From assembly GCA_050251055.1 (NCBI GenBank), contig JBFWNL010000002.1, forward strand, positions 448,001 through 512,000: a stretch of DNA of 64,000 bases, read 5' to 3'. A program made the position numbers and the translations under genes. This document shows positions 19,089 through 28,264 of this stretch, piece after piece (within the stretch, counting starts at the first letter, position 1; every line of letters begins with the position of its first letter). This stretch comes from Bacteriovoracia bacterium (GTDB lineage: Bacteria; Bdellovibrionota; UBA1018; JBFWNL01). A model generated the notes under the pieces. It worked only from the letters and a program-made list of their open reading frames with translations. It was not told the DNA's origin and made no database searches.

Positions 19089-19466
19089 GCACCCCTCCTT
19101 GGCGTGTTGCGGTCACCCCAGGACATCACGAATCAAACGTCAAATTCTTGATGTCCCCCCAACTAACGCCTAAATGTCACCCGATTTTTCGATTTAGAAA
19201 AGGGGGGCTGAAAAATAATTCCGTTTTTTTTCTTAACGACTGTTAATGCGGGATTTTCCGCTTTCGTGCAAAAATCGCAGCTTTACCGCCTCATTTTCAT
19301 TTTTTCCGAATGCGCACAGTCTTCGATCGCCGTAGATTCAATCGCAACTGTTAGCGTCATTTTCGATATCGCATCGCGTGAAGGCCTTCGATTATTTCAC
19401 TTGGGTTTAACGCGCCCCTAAGGGAAAATCGGATCAATCGTTGTTCAACGAAGGGAAGGGACTGAA

Positions 19467-19838
19467 ATGAAAGCAAAATTACCCATGATTGCCCGCATCC
19501 TATTGGGCTTGGTCTTCTTTGTGTTCGGCTTGAACGGATTTCTGAACTTCATTCCGCCGCCGCCGGATATGCCGGAGGCTGGCTTGAATTTCTTCAATGC
19601 GATGGTCGCAACCGGCTACTTGCTCTACCTCGTGAAGGGCACCGAGGTGGTTTGCGGCCTGATGCTACTCGCGAACTTCAAGGCCCCGCTCGCCGTAGTG
19701 ATGATCACTCCGGTCGTAGTGAACATTTTCCTTTTTCACATTTTCGTCGTACCGGGAATCGCCATGGCCGCGATCATCGTCGCCCTGTGGGGCTTCCTGG
19801 TTTACAGCTACCGGGCTCACTACAAGGGCCTTTGCTAA
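19467..19838 (+). CDS. DoxX family membrane protein
   Basis: ARILLGLVFFVFGLNGF, EVVCG, PVVVNIFLFH motifs. Confidence 0.85.
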   Translation: MKAKLPMIARILLGLVFFVFGLNGFLNFIPPPPDMPEAGLNFFNAMVATGYLLYLVKGTEVVCGLMLLANFKAPLAVVMITPVVVNIFLFHIFVVPGIAMAAIIVALWGFLVYSYRAHYKGLC

Positions 19839-19869
19839 GCGACGCTTTTAGTATCGAATTTTCCCATCA

Positions 19870-19912
19870 CAACCGCCGCCCGCGCCCTCCGCGCGGGCGG
19901 CGGTTGCATTTT
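19870..19912 (+). terminator. Intrinsic terminator
   Basis: Perfect 16-bp stem CAACCGCCGCCCGCGC/GCGCGGGCGGCGGTTG followed by CATTTT. Confidence 0.65.
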
Positions 19913-20064
19913 AAGCTGTCCAAATTCCGACGGGTGTGTACTTTTTTGACTACTTATTTTTTATTAAAAATTTAATTAAATGTATAATTAATTGTTTTAA
20001 TTGAACTATTTAAATAAAAAAGATTCGGTATAAGTCTTGTATTGATTTTATTCATGGAGCACCC

Positions 20065-21039
20065 ATGAAAACAATCTCAATCGCCCTGGCCGGAGCCCTT
20101 TTTTTCACTCTCCCCTACTTGGGGCGGGCGAACGATGAAACCCGCAGCGTTCCGATTCAATCCCTCAATGGGCGCAGTCCGCGCGTCGGCGGGTTACCCG
20201 TTGAGTACGAGCTAAAGCCCGTTGCGCGCGCCACCATCGCCCTTATTCCCACGCTTCGAGCTGAAGAATTGATCGCGCCCCGGGACCCACAGCTACCTGA
20301 GCTACCCGCCACACGATGGTTCTCCAGCGAACAGCACGCCCGCTGGTACTTGCATAGCTTACCCACCGAGGTTCGCGCGAGCTATCGCATCGAAAACGCG
20401 CCCACCTGGAATGGACCGAACGAACGCGGCCTACTCCTCCCCGGCGTAGGAACTTACGATCAAGGGCAACTCATCCATCTGAATTGCTTTGCCAGCCAAC
20501 GGAAAGAGATCGAAATCGCCTTAATTCGATATCCGGAAATCCGGGAATCCATCTCTCGTACCGAGGAAGGACGATTCGTCATCACCTTGCAAGACATGCG
20601 GGAAAGCGCGGCGGCCTACGTGAGGGAGGTACGAAGCCGCAACAAGGTCTATCCCTTTGACCCTGGCAATACTACCGACCAGACGGTGGCGACGGCCCCT
20701 CACATTTCGGGTGACCGCTATCATCCCCAAGCACGTCCCATTCGTCTCACCGCCATCTTGAACGAGACCGGATGCCAGCCCGTCACGGCCGCCCAAATCG
20801 GGGAATGGCTACAACGGATACAAACCGGTACGTCAACAGTCGATCCCCTGGATTCGATGATTCAACTTCTCAGCTCGCCCCCGCCGGAACCCGTTTCGCG
20901 TACCCCCAGACAAGACTGGGTGCGAGAAGCCGCCATCAACCAAGCCGCGAGTAAACCCGATCCGAGCGCGGAGCCCGCGCCCGCGCCATCGAACGCGGCG
21001 CCGGAACCCGATGCCGTGCGCGGAAGGCCGGCGCGCTAG
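20065..21039 (+). CDS. Hypothetical secreted protein
   Basis: GGAG RBS, signal peptide, Pro/Ala-rich tail; preceded by a very AT-rich tract. Confidence 0.65.
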   Translation: MKTISIALAGALFFTLPYLGRANDETRSVPIQSLNGRSPRVGGLPVEYELKPVARATIALIPTLRAEELIAPRDPQLPELPATRWFSSEQHARWYLHSLPTEVRASYRIENAPTWNGPNERGLLLPGVGTYDQGQLIHLNCFASQRKEIEIALIRYPEIRESISRTEEGRFVITLQDMRESAAAYVREVRSRNKVYPFDPGNTTDQTVATAPHISGDRYHPQARPIRLTAILNETGCQPVTAAQIGEWLQRIQTGTSTVDPLDSMIQLLSSPPPEPVSRTPRQDWVREAAINQAASKPDPSAEPAPAPSNAAPEPDAVRGRPAR

Positions 21040-21061
21040 CCAGCAAGCAGGCTTCCGCCGC

Positions 21062-21170
21062 ACACAACCCCGGAGCCCTTCGCACCTGCGTCATATTGGC
21101 CGTTTGCATCCGACAGGGTTCCAAGGGTAGAACGGGAGCGGTCGAAAAATACCGTGATCCCATGAAAAGC
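21062..21170 (+). promoter_or_regulatory. Candidate Moco-riboswitch-like leader of moaA
   Basis: Directly upstream of moaA; stems CCCTT/AAGGG, CCTG/CAGG, GTCA/TGGC and GGGA-GCGGT..ACCGT-TCCC; segments recall the E. coli moaA leader (from memory). Confidence 0.4.
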
Positions 21171-22184
21171 GAAGCCATTCTTCCTTATTTTCATTCCTCC
21201 CCGTCCCCGACGCTGGTCGACCAGAGCGGACGGCTCCTTCGGTACTTGCGGCTTTCCGTAACCGACGCCTGCAACTTTCGCTGCACCTACTGTTTACCGA
21301 ACGGGTATAAGCCTACCCGCGAGGAGTCCTCGCTCTCCCCGATAGAGATTGAAAACCTGGTGCGAGGCTTCGCGGATTTAGGCTTCAAAAAAGTAAGAAT
21401 CACCGGAGGGGAGCCCACCCTGCGTCGAGACCTGCTAGAAATCGTCCGCCGCGTAGCGGGCACGGCCGACCTTCAAAAAATCGCGCTGTCAACGAACGGC
21501 TCGTCGCTCGCACGCCTAGCCGCTCCGCTCCGGGCGGCGGGCTTAACCCACCTCAATGTCAGCCTCGATACGCTGGATCGGGAATCCTTCCATCGGTTGG
21601 TCGGAGCCGATCGTCTGCCCGAGGTCCTGTCCGGGATTGAAGCCGCGCTCAACGCCGGTTTCCCGTGGATTAAAATGAACGCCGTTTTACTGCGGGAATT
21701 CACCCCTTCGACGTTAGATCGTTTTCTAGAATGGGTCGGCCACCGTCCCGTCACCGTGCGCTTCATCGAGCTGATGCGTACGGGCGAAAACGGCGGGTTT
21801 TTTTCCCAGCAACATTATTCCAGCGGAGAACTCCTGCTCGAGCTGCGCCGCCGAGGCTGGACGCAAATCCCCCGAGCGCTGGACGATGGCCCGGCCGTGG
21901 AGTTCTCGCATCCTGAAAGTCAGGGACGCGTCGGCATCATCGCACCTTACCGCGAGGGCTTCTGCGAGCAATGCAATCGCCTGCGGGTGACCCACACGGG
22001 CGGACTGCGGCTCTGCCTGTTCGGCGAGCAAGACTACTCCTTGCGCGAACTTCTGCAGGCACCCGACCAACGAGAAGAGCTTGCCGCCGCGATCCGGCGT
22101 TGGGTCGGCAACAAGGCGCCCCGCCACTTACTGAAAGAGGAAAAGTATGGAATCACGCGAAACTTCGCCGGTATCGGCGGCTAG
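21162..22184 (+). CDS. moaA: GTP 3',8-cyclase (radical SAM)
   Basis: YLRLSVTDACNFRCTYC, ITGGEP, FIELM, FCEQCNRLR..LCLF, C-terminal IGG. Confidence 0.95.
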   Translation: MKSEAILPYFHSSPSPTLVDQSGRLLRYLRLSVTDACNFRCTYCLPNGYKPTREESSLSPIEIENLVRGFADLGFKKVRITGGEPTLRRDLLEIVRRVAGTADLQKIALSTNGSSLARLAAPLRAAGLTHLNVSLDTLDRESFHRLVGADRLPEVLSGIEAALNAGFPWIKMNAVLLREFTPSTLDRFLEWVGHRPVTVRFIELMRTGENGGFFSQQHYSSGELLLELRRRGWTQIPRALDDGPAVEFSHPESQGRVGIIAPYREGFCEQCNRLRVTHTGGLRLCLFGEQDYSLRELLQAPDQREELAAAIRRWVGNKAPRHLLKEEKYGITRNFAGIGG

Positions 22185-23205
22185 CCGCTTCCGCATGATC
22201 GACGTGGGCGCTAAGGCGATCACGCGCCGACGCGCCCTGGCTCGAGGGCGCATCGTGATGGCTCGCGACACTCTGGAAAAAATCCGCCAAGGCACCATTC
22301 CCAAGGGAGACCCGCTCGCGCTCGGAGAAGCCGCCGGCATCCTCGCCGCCAAGCAAACCTCCGCGATTCTCCCCCTTTGCCATCCCCTTCCCCTCGATGC
22401 GGTCAACGTGCGCTTCCGGCTGGTCGAGCTTTCCTCGACCCAAGGCGCGGTGGACGCCGAATGCGAAGTCACGTGCGAAGCGCGCACGGGCGTAGAAATG
22501 GAAGCGCTCTTTGGCGTGCAAGCCGCCCTGCTTTGCGTTTACGACCTGGCGAAAGCCGTGGATCCCGTGCTTTCCATTGAAACCGTGCGGTTGGCATGGA
22601 AAGAGGGCGGAAAGCACGGGGTGTGGCGCCACCCCGCCGACGCCTCGGCCTCGCTTCCCCCTTCTCCCGTATCGGAACCCGCGCCCACGCAAAGCCTCTC
22701 CGGCTTACGCGCAAGCGTGTTGACCGTGAGTGACCGCGTCTCGAGAAATGAAGCCGAAGATCGCACCGGCCCCAAAATTCACGCTTGGTTGCAAAACCGC
22801 GGCGCGCAGACGGCGGCGATCGAAGTCGTTCCCGACGAACCTGAGCTCATTCGTCATGCGCTCATGCGTGCGATCGAGGGCGCTGACCGAGAACTCGTCA
22901 TCTTGACCGGCGGCACCGGCTTCGGCCCGCGCGACGTCACCCCCGAAGCCGTATTGCCGCTCCTTGGTCGGCAGTGGCCCGGTTTCGGCGAAGCCCTGCG
23001 GGCATTGGGCGCGCGCCACAAACCCCAGGCTTACCTCAGCCGCGCCTTCGCCGGCATGCGCGGAAAGTGCTGGATCGTCGCGCTGCCCGGAAGCCCCAGC
23101 GCGGTCCGCGACGGGCTCACGGTGCTAGACGAACTGTTGCCGCACGGATTGGAAATTGCTCGCGCTTTACCCAACGCCCACGAAGGAGAATCACATGTCC
23201 GCTAA
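22147..23205 (+). CDS. moaC: Bifunctional MoaC-MoaB/MogA fusion
   Basis: N-terminal MIDV, LPLCHP, TGVEMEAL, KEGGK (MoaC); C-terminal TVSD, TGGTGFGPRDVTPEA, LPGSP (MogA/MoaB). Confidence 0.9.
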   Translation: MESRETSPVSAASRFRMIDVGAKAITRRRALARGRIVMARDTLEKIRQGTIPKGDPLALGEAAGILAAKQTSAILPLCHPLPLDAVNVRFRLVELSSTQGAVDAECEVTCEARTGVEMEALFGVQAALLCVYDLAKAVDPVLSIETVRLAWKEGGKHGVWRHPADASASLPPSPVSEPAPTQSLSGLRASVLTVSDRVSRNEAEDRTGPKIHAWLQNRGAQTAAIEVVPDEPELIRHALMRAIEGADRELVILTGGTGFGPRDVTPEAVLPLLGRQWPGFGEALRALGARHKPQAYLSRAFAGMRGKCWIVALPGSPSAVRDGLTVLDELLPHGLEIARALPNAHEGESHVR

Positions 23206-24310
23206 ATCTTCACGAACTTGGGTGAAAGACTTCGGCGGCGCGTTCGCGGATGCCGCCATTCTTTTTCCGCTATTGGCCGCGCTTTCGACGTCGAATGCCG
23301 GCCTGGCGGGCGGCACGCTCTTACTCACGGCCGGACTAGCCTATTGGATCGCCGGTGCGGTTTTCCGGGTCCCCATGCCGGTACAGCCGTTGAAGTCCAT
23401 CGCCATCGCCGCGCTGGCCCTCGGCGCGAGCGGTACGGAGATTCGCGTTTCCGGTGCGCTTCTGGGCGTGGCCTGTTTGCTCTTGCTTTTCACGCGCGCG
23501 GAAACCTGGGCCGCACGCGTTCCCACCGTGATCATCCACAGCATGCAAGTGGGATTAGGCGTGCTGTTGATCACGCAAGGCCTGAAGACGCTGCCGGGCG
23601 GATCAGAACTCTATTTCTTCATGCTGGTGGCGGCCATGTTCGCCGTCCCCTACCTCACGCAGTTCCCCCTTTTGGGTTGGGTGGCGGCGGCGGGACTCCT
23701 GTACGGGGTCTTGCGGGCTGACTCGCCGCAGGTGGGAGCAGGCGGCCCGCCTCCCGAGCTCCGAGATCTCCGACCCGGGATGATCGCCGCGCTGGTTTTT
23801 CCGCAGCTGGCGCTCACGCTGGCGAATTCCGTCGTGGGTACCCGTCAGGCGGCGCAAAGATATTTTGGGCGTGGCGCTGAACGCGTCACCGTACCCCGCC
23901 TCTTGAGCGTCATCGGGCTGGGAAACCTGGTGTCGTCACTGGTGGGCGGACTTCCTTTTTGTCACGGGGCGGGCGGCCTCACCGCCCATGTCCGCGGCGG
24001 CGCGACGACCGCGCGGATGAACTGGATCATCGGCGGGCTGCTCGTCACCTTAGCGGGGTTTCACTTTTTCGTTGGAGGCACGGCGATCCGCATCCCCCCG
24101 CTTCTCGTTGCCGCCTTGCTCGCGGTGACCGGCATCTTTCACATTCTGTTGGCCGAGGAAAGCTGGCGTCAGTCTCCGTGGCTTCGCATTCAAGTGATCG
24201 CCGCGGCGGCGGTTTCGCTCGCGACCCACAACCTGCTTTGGGTACTCGGATCCAGCGTCGCTCTTACCCTCCTGCTCAAGAAACGGCCGGCGCATGATCC
24301 AGTATATTGA
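23195..24310 (+). CDS. MOT1-family molybdate transporter
   Basis: MOT1 signatures PMPVQPLKSIA and GGLPFCHGAGGL; many TM helices; inside the Moco operon; GAAGGAG RBS. Confidence 0.8.
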   Translation: MSAKSSRTWVKDFGGAFADAAILFPLLAALSTSNAGLAGGTLLLTAGLAYWIAGAVFRVPMPVQPLKSIAIAALALGASGTEIRVSGALLGVACLLLLFTRAETWAARVPTVIIHSMQVGLGVLLITQGLKTLPGGSELYFFMLVAAMFAVPYLTQFPLLGWVAAAGLLYGVLRADSPQVGAGGPPPELRDLRPGMIAALVFPQLALTLANSVVGTRQAAQRYFGRGAERVTVPRLLSVIGLGNLVSSLVGGLPFCHGAGGLTAHVRGGATTARMNWIIGGLLVTLAGFHFFVGGTAIRIPPLLVAALLAVTGIFHILLAEESWRQSPWLRIQVIAAAAVSLATHNLLWVLGSSVALTLLLKKRPAHDPVY

Positions 24311-25574
24311 TGCCCTTCGACAATTGCGGGCGAGCGCAGGCGAGCGCGCCGCTAACTTGGAGACGGAGACGCTGTCTTTGGCACCGGCCGTTGGCCGAGT
24401 TCTATCGCAAGCTATTCGGAGTTCGGAGTATTTACCTGCCTTCGACAACTCCGCCGTGGACGGATTCGCGGTGGTGGCCGCCGACCTGGCGCATGCTTCA
24501 CGATCCCAACCTGTCGAGCTGGCGGTGGCGGGCACGATCGCCGCGGGCGATCCGCCGCCCGCCCCGGATGCGAGGGACGAGACCGCGAGGAGGAGTCCGC
24601 CGTCCACCTTCGAAATCATGACGGGCGCGGCCTTGCCGGGGACGCCGTGGGATTCGGTCGTGAAGGTGGAAGAGGTCGAGCGAATCCACGATCCCGAGGG
24701 GCGCCTCGCACGCGTCCGCTTCGTCGGGCCGGTCACGCCAGGAGAGTTCGTGCGCCGACGGGGCACGGACATCACCCCGGACCAAGTAATCGGCCACGCC
24801 GGCACGCGCTTCACCCGTGCCCACGTTTTGGCCGCCGCGGCCCTCGGCATCCCCGCCGTCGAAGTGCGTCGACGTCCCGTGATCGCCTACTTGAGCACCG
24901 GGGCCGAGCTTGTACCCCACGATACGCCCTCCGGGGCACTGCGCGCCGGGGGAATCCGAAATTCCACGGCTCCTTACCTGGAGTCCGCGTTGCGCGCTTT
25001 AGGCGCGAAAGTGCTTCCGCTGGGCAGCTGCGGAGATGATCCGGCCGCATTCACCAAAATTCTGGCCGACGCGCTCGAAAACGGAGCCGACGCCATTCTC
25101 ACGACGGGTGCGGTCTCCATGGGAAAATTCGATTTCGTGCCCCAAGCTGCCGCGCAGCTCGGGTTCCAGCCCCGCTTTCACAAGGTAGCGATCCGTCCGG
25201 GGAAGCCTATTTTTTTCGCGGAACGCGGGAAGACCGTTTTGTTCGGGGTTCCGGGCAATCCCGTTTCCACGGCGGTGGCGCTGAGATTCTTCGTGGAACC
25301 TTACTTGCGCGCGCTGCAAGGGCTCGCGGCCGAAACACCCCGTACCTTGAAATTGATCGAACCGACATCGAAACCCGAGGGACTGCGCTGTTTTTTGAAG
25401 GCGGAGACCGCGGGAATCGATCACGCGCAGGCGCGGGTACTTTCTGGCCAAGCGTCGTTTCAAGTGGAGTCGCTGCTGCGAGCTAACGTCTGGGTCGAGT
25501 TGCCGGAAGCGGGCGCGGAGTTCCCGCCCGGCACCGCCGTTTCCGTTTGGCCGCTCGAGTTAGGGGATCGGTAG
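24294..25574 (+). CDS. moeA: Molybdopterin molybdotransferase
   Basis: PAFDNSAVDGFA, IMTGA, STGAEL, TGAVSMG..D, IRPGKP, PGNPVS. Confidence 0.95.
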   Translation: MIQYIDALRQLRASAGERAANLETETLSLAPAVGRVLSQAIRSSEYLPAFDNSAVDGFAVVAADLAHASRSQPVELAVAGTIAAGDPPPAPDARDETARRSPPSTFEIMTGAALPGTPWDSVVKVEEVERIHDPEGRLARVRFVGPVTPGEFVRRRGTDITPDQVIGHAGTRFTRAHVLAAAALGIPAVEVRRRPVIAYLSTGAELVPHDTPSGALRAGGIRNSTAPYLESALRALGAKVLPLGSCGDDPAAFTKILADALENGADAILTTGAVSMGKFDFVPQAAAQLGFQPRFHKVAIRPGKPIFFAERGKTVLFGVPGNPVSTAVALRFFVEPYLRALQGLAAETPRTLKLIEPTSKPEGLRCFLKAETAGIDHAQARVLSGQASFQVESLLRANVWVELPEAGAEFPPGTAVSVWPLELGDR

Positions 25575-25583
25575 GGAGAGCGC

Positions 25584-25859
25584 ATGGAAATTGAAATCCG
25601 TTTGTTTGGTGCATTTCGAAACTTTTCCCCTGGCACGGACCGGGTGCGCGTGACGGTTCCGGCGGGAGCGGGATCCCAGGAACTACGGTCGGCCCTCTTA
25701 GCGGCGTTGCCCGGGGAACCCGCACGCGAGCACCTGCGAGATTTGATTGCGGATTCCGCTTTCGCCAACGAGAGCGACTTGTTGCCGCCGGATTTTCGGG
25801 TTTCCGAAACCTCGGCGTGGAAACAGCTAGCGGTGTTGCCGCCGGTGTGCGGAGGATAG
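25584..25859 (+). CDS. moaD: Molybdopterin synthase sulfur carrier subunit
   Basis: IRLFGAFR N-terminus, C-terminal LPPVCGG. Confidence 0.9.
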   Translation: MEIEIRLFGAFRNFSPGTDRVRVTVPAGAGSQELRSALLAALPGEPAREHLRDLIADSAFANESDLLPPDFRVSETSAWKQLAVLPPVCGG

Positions 25860-25868
25860 GCGCAGAAT

Positions 25869-26327
25869 ATGGCTTCTCCCATCGCTGTCCGTATCCAAAC
25901 CCACGCGATTGAAACGCGCGATCCCTTCGACGACGAGGGGGGCGACTTTGCCTGCGGAGCCGAAGTGCTTTTCTACGGCCGGGTCCGGGCGCACAACCAC
26001 GGTCGACGGGTGACCGGCGTTTCTTATGACGCCTTCGTGCCACTGGGAGAAAAGATTTTAGCGCGACTTTGCCTCGAAGCGCAGGCCAAGTTCGATCCCC
26101 GACTCCAGGCTCGCATTTGGCATCGAGTGGGGCGCGTGGCTCCGGGCGACATTAGCGTCCTCATCGCCGTACGCACCCCGCACCGGGCGGAGGCTTACGC
26201 CGCCTCTCGATTCCTCATCGAAGAAATCAAGCACCAGGTGCCGATTTGGAAGCAAGAGCACTACGAGGACGGGGATAGCGAGTGGCTGCAAGGCCATGCC
26301 TTGTGCACCCGGGAGGCGACGCCATGA
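25869..26327 (+). CDS. moaE: Molybdopterin synthase catalytic subunit
   Basis: F.GRVR, HRVG, PHR.EA, IKHQVPIWKQE motifs. Confidence 0.95.
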   Translation: MASPIAVRIQTHAIETRDPFDDEGGDFACGAEVLFYGRVRAHNHGRRVTGVSYDAFVPLGEKILARLCLEAQAKFDPRLQARIWHRVGRVAPGDISVLIAVRTPHRAEAYAASRFLIEEIKHQVPIWKQEHYEDGDSEWLQGHALCTREATP

Positions 26328-27442
26328 AGGAAGGCGAAGCTTGCCCGGCCGCCGATGGTACGCGTAGCGCGCGCCAAATCACCTTGCCCGAGGTCGGCGA
26401 AGAAGGCCAAGCGCTGATTGCGGGCGCGCGAATCGTCTGCGTCGGAGCCGGCGGTTTGGGGAGCGCCGCGCTTCCTTATCTCGCTTCCGCGGGCGTAGGA
26501 AAAATCACGGTAGTCGACGGCGACCGGGTCAGTGAATCGAACCTTCCCCGGCAAACACTTTACCGCTTCCGTGATGTCGGATGCGAGAAGGCCACTCGTG
26601 CGCAGGCGAGGTTGATGGACCTGAATCCGGAAATCCAGGTATCGGCGATCGCCGCTTACCTCACCGCGGAAAACGCATCAAAAATTCTGGCGGGACACGA
26701 CCTGGTTTTGGACGGCACCGACCAGTTCGCCGCTAAGTTCCTCATCAACGATGCGGCCGCAAAGTTAAAGTTGCCGGTCGTTTACGCCGCAGTCACGGGA
26801 TGGGGGGGCCAGGTCGCGGTGTGGGACGCGCAGCAAGGGTCCTGCTACCGCTGTTACCAGCCCGAAGCTCCGCGAAACTTCGTACCGAATTGCGCGCAAG
26901 CCGGGGTCTCGGGTCCCGTAGCGGGAGTGCTGGGACTGCACCAAGCCCAGCTGGCCTTGGAGCTCATTTTGGAGAAAAAGACATCTACCCCTCGGGTTCG
27001 CTGCGAGCGCGGCACGCTCTGGACGGTGGATTTCGCCCCCATTCAAGTCCACGGATTTAAAGTCTCCCGGCGCATGGACTGCCCGACCTGCTCGCGCGGG
27101 GATGCAAGCATCGAAGCGGGCTTGCCAGACGAATCCGGGGAGATCGATCCCCAGTGGCTCGCCGATCGCGATCGTTTCTCGGAGTACCAGCTCATCGATC
27201 TTCGGGAGACGGCGGAACTCGCGGCGGGAATTCTGCCGGGCGCGCGGCATTGGCCGTGGTCACAATTAAAAACCGGAGCGACTCCCCCCTGGCCGATCCG
27301 ACCCGAGCGGGTGATTCTTTACTGCCAGACGGGCGTGCGCTCGGAAGCCGCACGGGCCATGCTTTCCCGCGCCTTCAGCGCCCCGATCCGGCACCTGCGA
27401 GGGGGGATCGCGCGCTGGCCAGGCCCGCTCGTTCGGGGCTAA
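26324..27442 (+). CDS. moeB: MoeB/ThiF adenylyltransferase with C-terminal rhodanese domain
   Basis: GAGGLG, DGDRVSESNLPRQ, CYRC and CPTC Zn ligands, rhodanese LIDLRE..YCQTGVRS..LRGGI..W. Confidence 0.9.
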   Translation: MKEGEACPAADGTRSARQITLPEVGEEGQALIAGARIVCVGAGGLGSAALPYLASAGVGKITVVDGDRVSESNLPRQTLYRFRDVGCEKATRAQARLMDLNPEIQVSAIAAYLTAENASKILAGHDLVLDGTDQFAAKFLINDAAAKLKLPVVYAAVTGWGGQVAVWDAQQGSCYRCYQPEAPRNFVPNCAQAGVSGPVAGVLGLHQAQLALELILEKKTSTPRVRCERGTLWTVDFAPIQVHGFKVSRRMDCPTCSRGDASIEAGLPDESGEIDPQWLADRDRFSEYQLIDLRETAELAAGILPGARHWPWSQLKTGATPPWPIRPERVILYCQTGVRSEAARAMLSRAFSAPIRHLRGGIARWPGPLVRG

Positions 27443-28095
27443 GCCGCCACGCGATTGCGCCCTTTTTTCTTAGCGACGTACAGCTTTTCATCCGCCAGCT
27501 TCAGGAGACGAGTGGCGTCGTAACGTTCACTAGGGGCACCGGGGATACTCCCCGTCGACGCCATGCCCACGCTCAGCGTGCACTTCCACGCAACTCTGCT
27601 CGAAGGTTTACCGTCCCGCTCGATCACGGGGCCATGCAACTTTTCGCAACCACGACGGATCATCTCCGCTTTTCCCACGATTTCCGGGTCCGTACCCCGG
27701 ATGGCCACGGCGAACTCTTCGCCCCCATAACGTCCACTGATGCAGTCGGGGGATTCAAACTGCTTGAGCAACTCTCCTACTCGCTTCAGAACCTCGTCTC
27801 CGGTCTGGTGTCCATGAGTGTCGTTCACCTGCTTGAAGTGATCGATGTCGATCATCAGAACCCCACAGTTCTGATTCACGCTCTCGCACTCTTTCAAAAC
27901 TTCGTTCCACTTCGCAAAGAAGGAGCCTCTCCGCAGCAACCCGGTCAGCTCGTCAACGCCTTGGGCTCCTTCTAGTTTCCGGAGGACGAGGAGTATCTGG
28001 TGATAACTCGACTCAAGGGCAGTGATTTCACCGTGGAGGTGTGAGAGGAGGTGGCGAATACCCTCAAGCCTCGTCTCCAGATACTCCTGGTCCAT
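27439..28095 (-). CDS. Diguanylate cyclase (GGEEF) with short N-terminal coiled coil
   Basis: DELTGL, DIDHFKQVNDTHGHQTGD, RYGGEEF, AD.KLY.AK..GRN. Confidence 0.9.
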   Translation of the reverse strand: MDQEYLETRLEGIRHLLSHLHGEITALESSYHQILLVLRKLEGAQGVDELTGLLRRGSFFAKWNEVLKECESVNQNCGVLMIDIDHFKQVNDTHGHQTGDEVLKRVGELLKQFESPDCISGRYGGEEFAVAIRGTDPEIVGKAEMIRRGCEKLHGPVIERDGKPSSRVAWKCTLSVGMASTGSIPGAPSERYDATRLLKLADEKLYVAKKKGRNRVAA

Positions 28096-28150
28096 GTCGT
28101 CCTCCGTTAGCTCGCTCGGCCCAATTGCCCAGCCAGCGAACTCCTACTAG

Positions 28151-28166
28151 AGCACGGCCGGTGCCA
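28151..28166 (-). promoter_or_regulatory. Sigma54 (-24/-12) promoter upstream of the diguanylate cyclase
   Basis: Minus strand TGGCACcggccgTGCT: GG-N10-GC spacing, 55 nt upstream of the ATG. Confidence 0.65.
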
Positions 28167-28264
28167 GACGAATGACGTGGATTTCACGAGGTTTTCGCGG
28201 GATTGGTGTCAGCGCTCGCTGGGGTCGGGGCCGACACAGTGAGGTGGGATAGCCCTAAGCGGGG

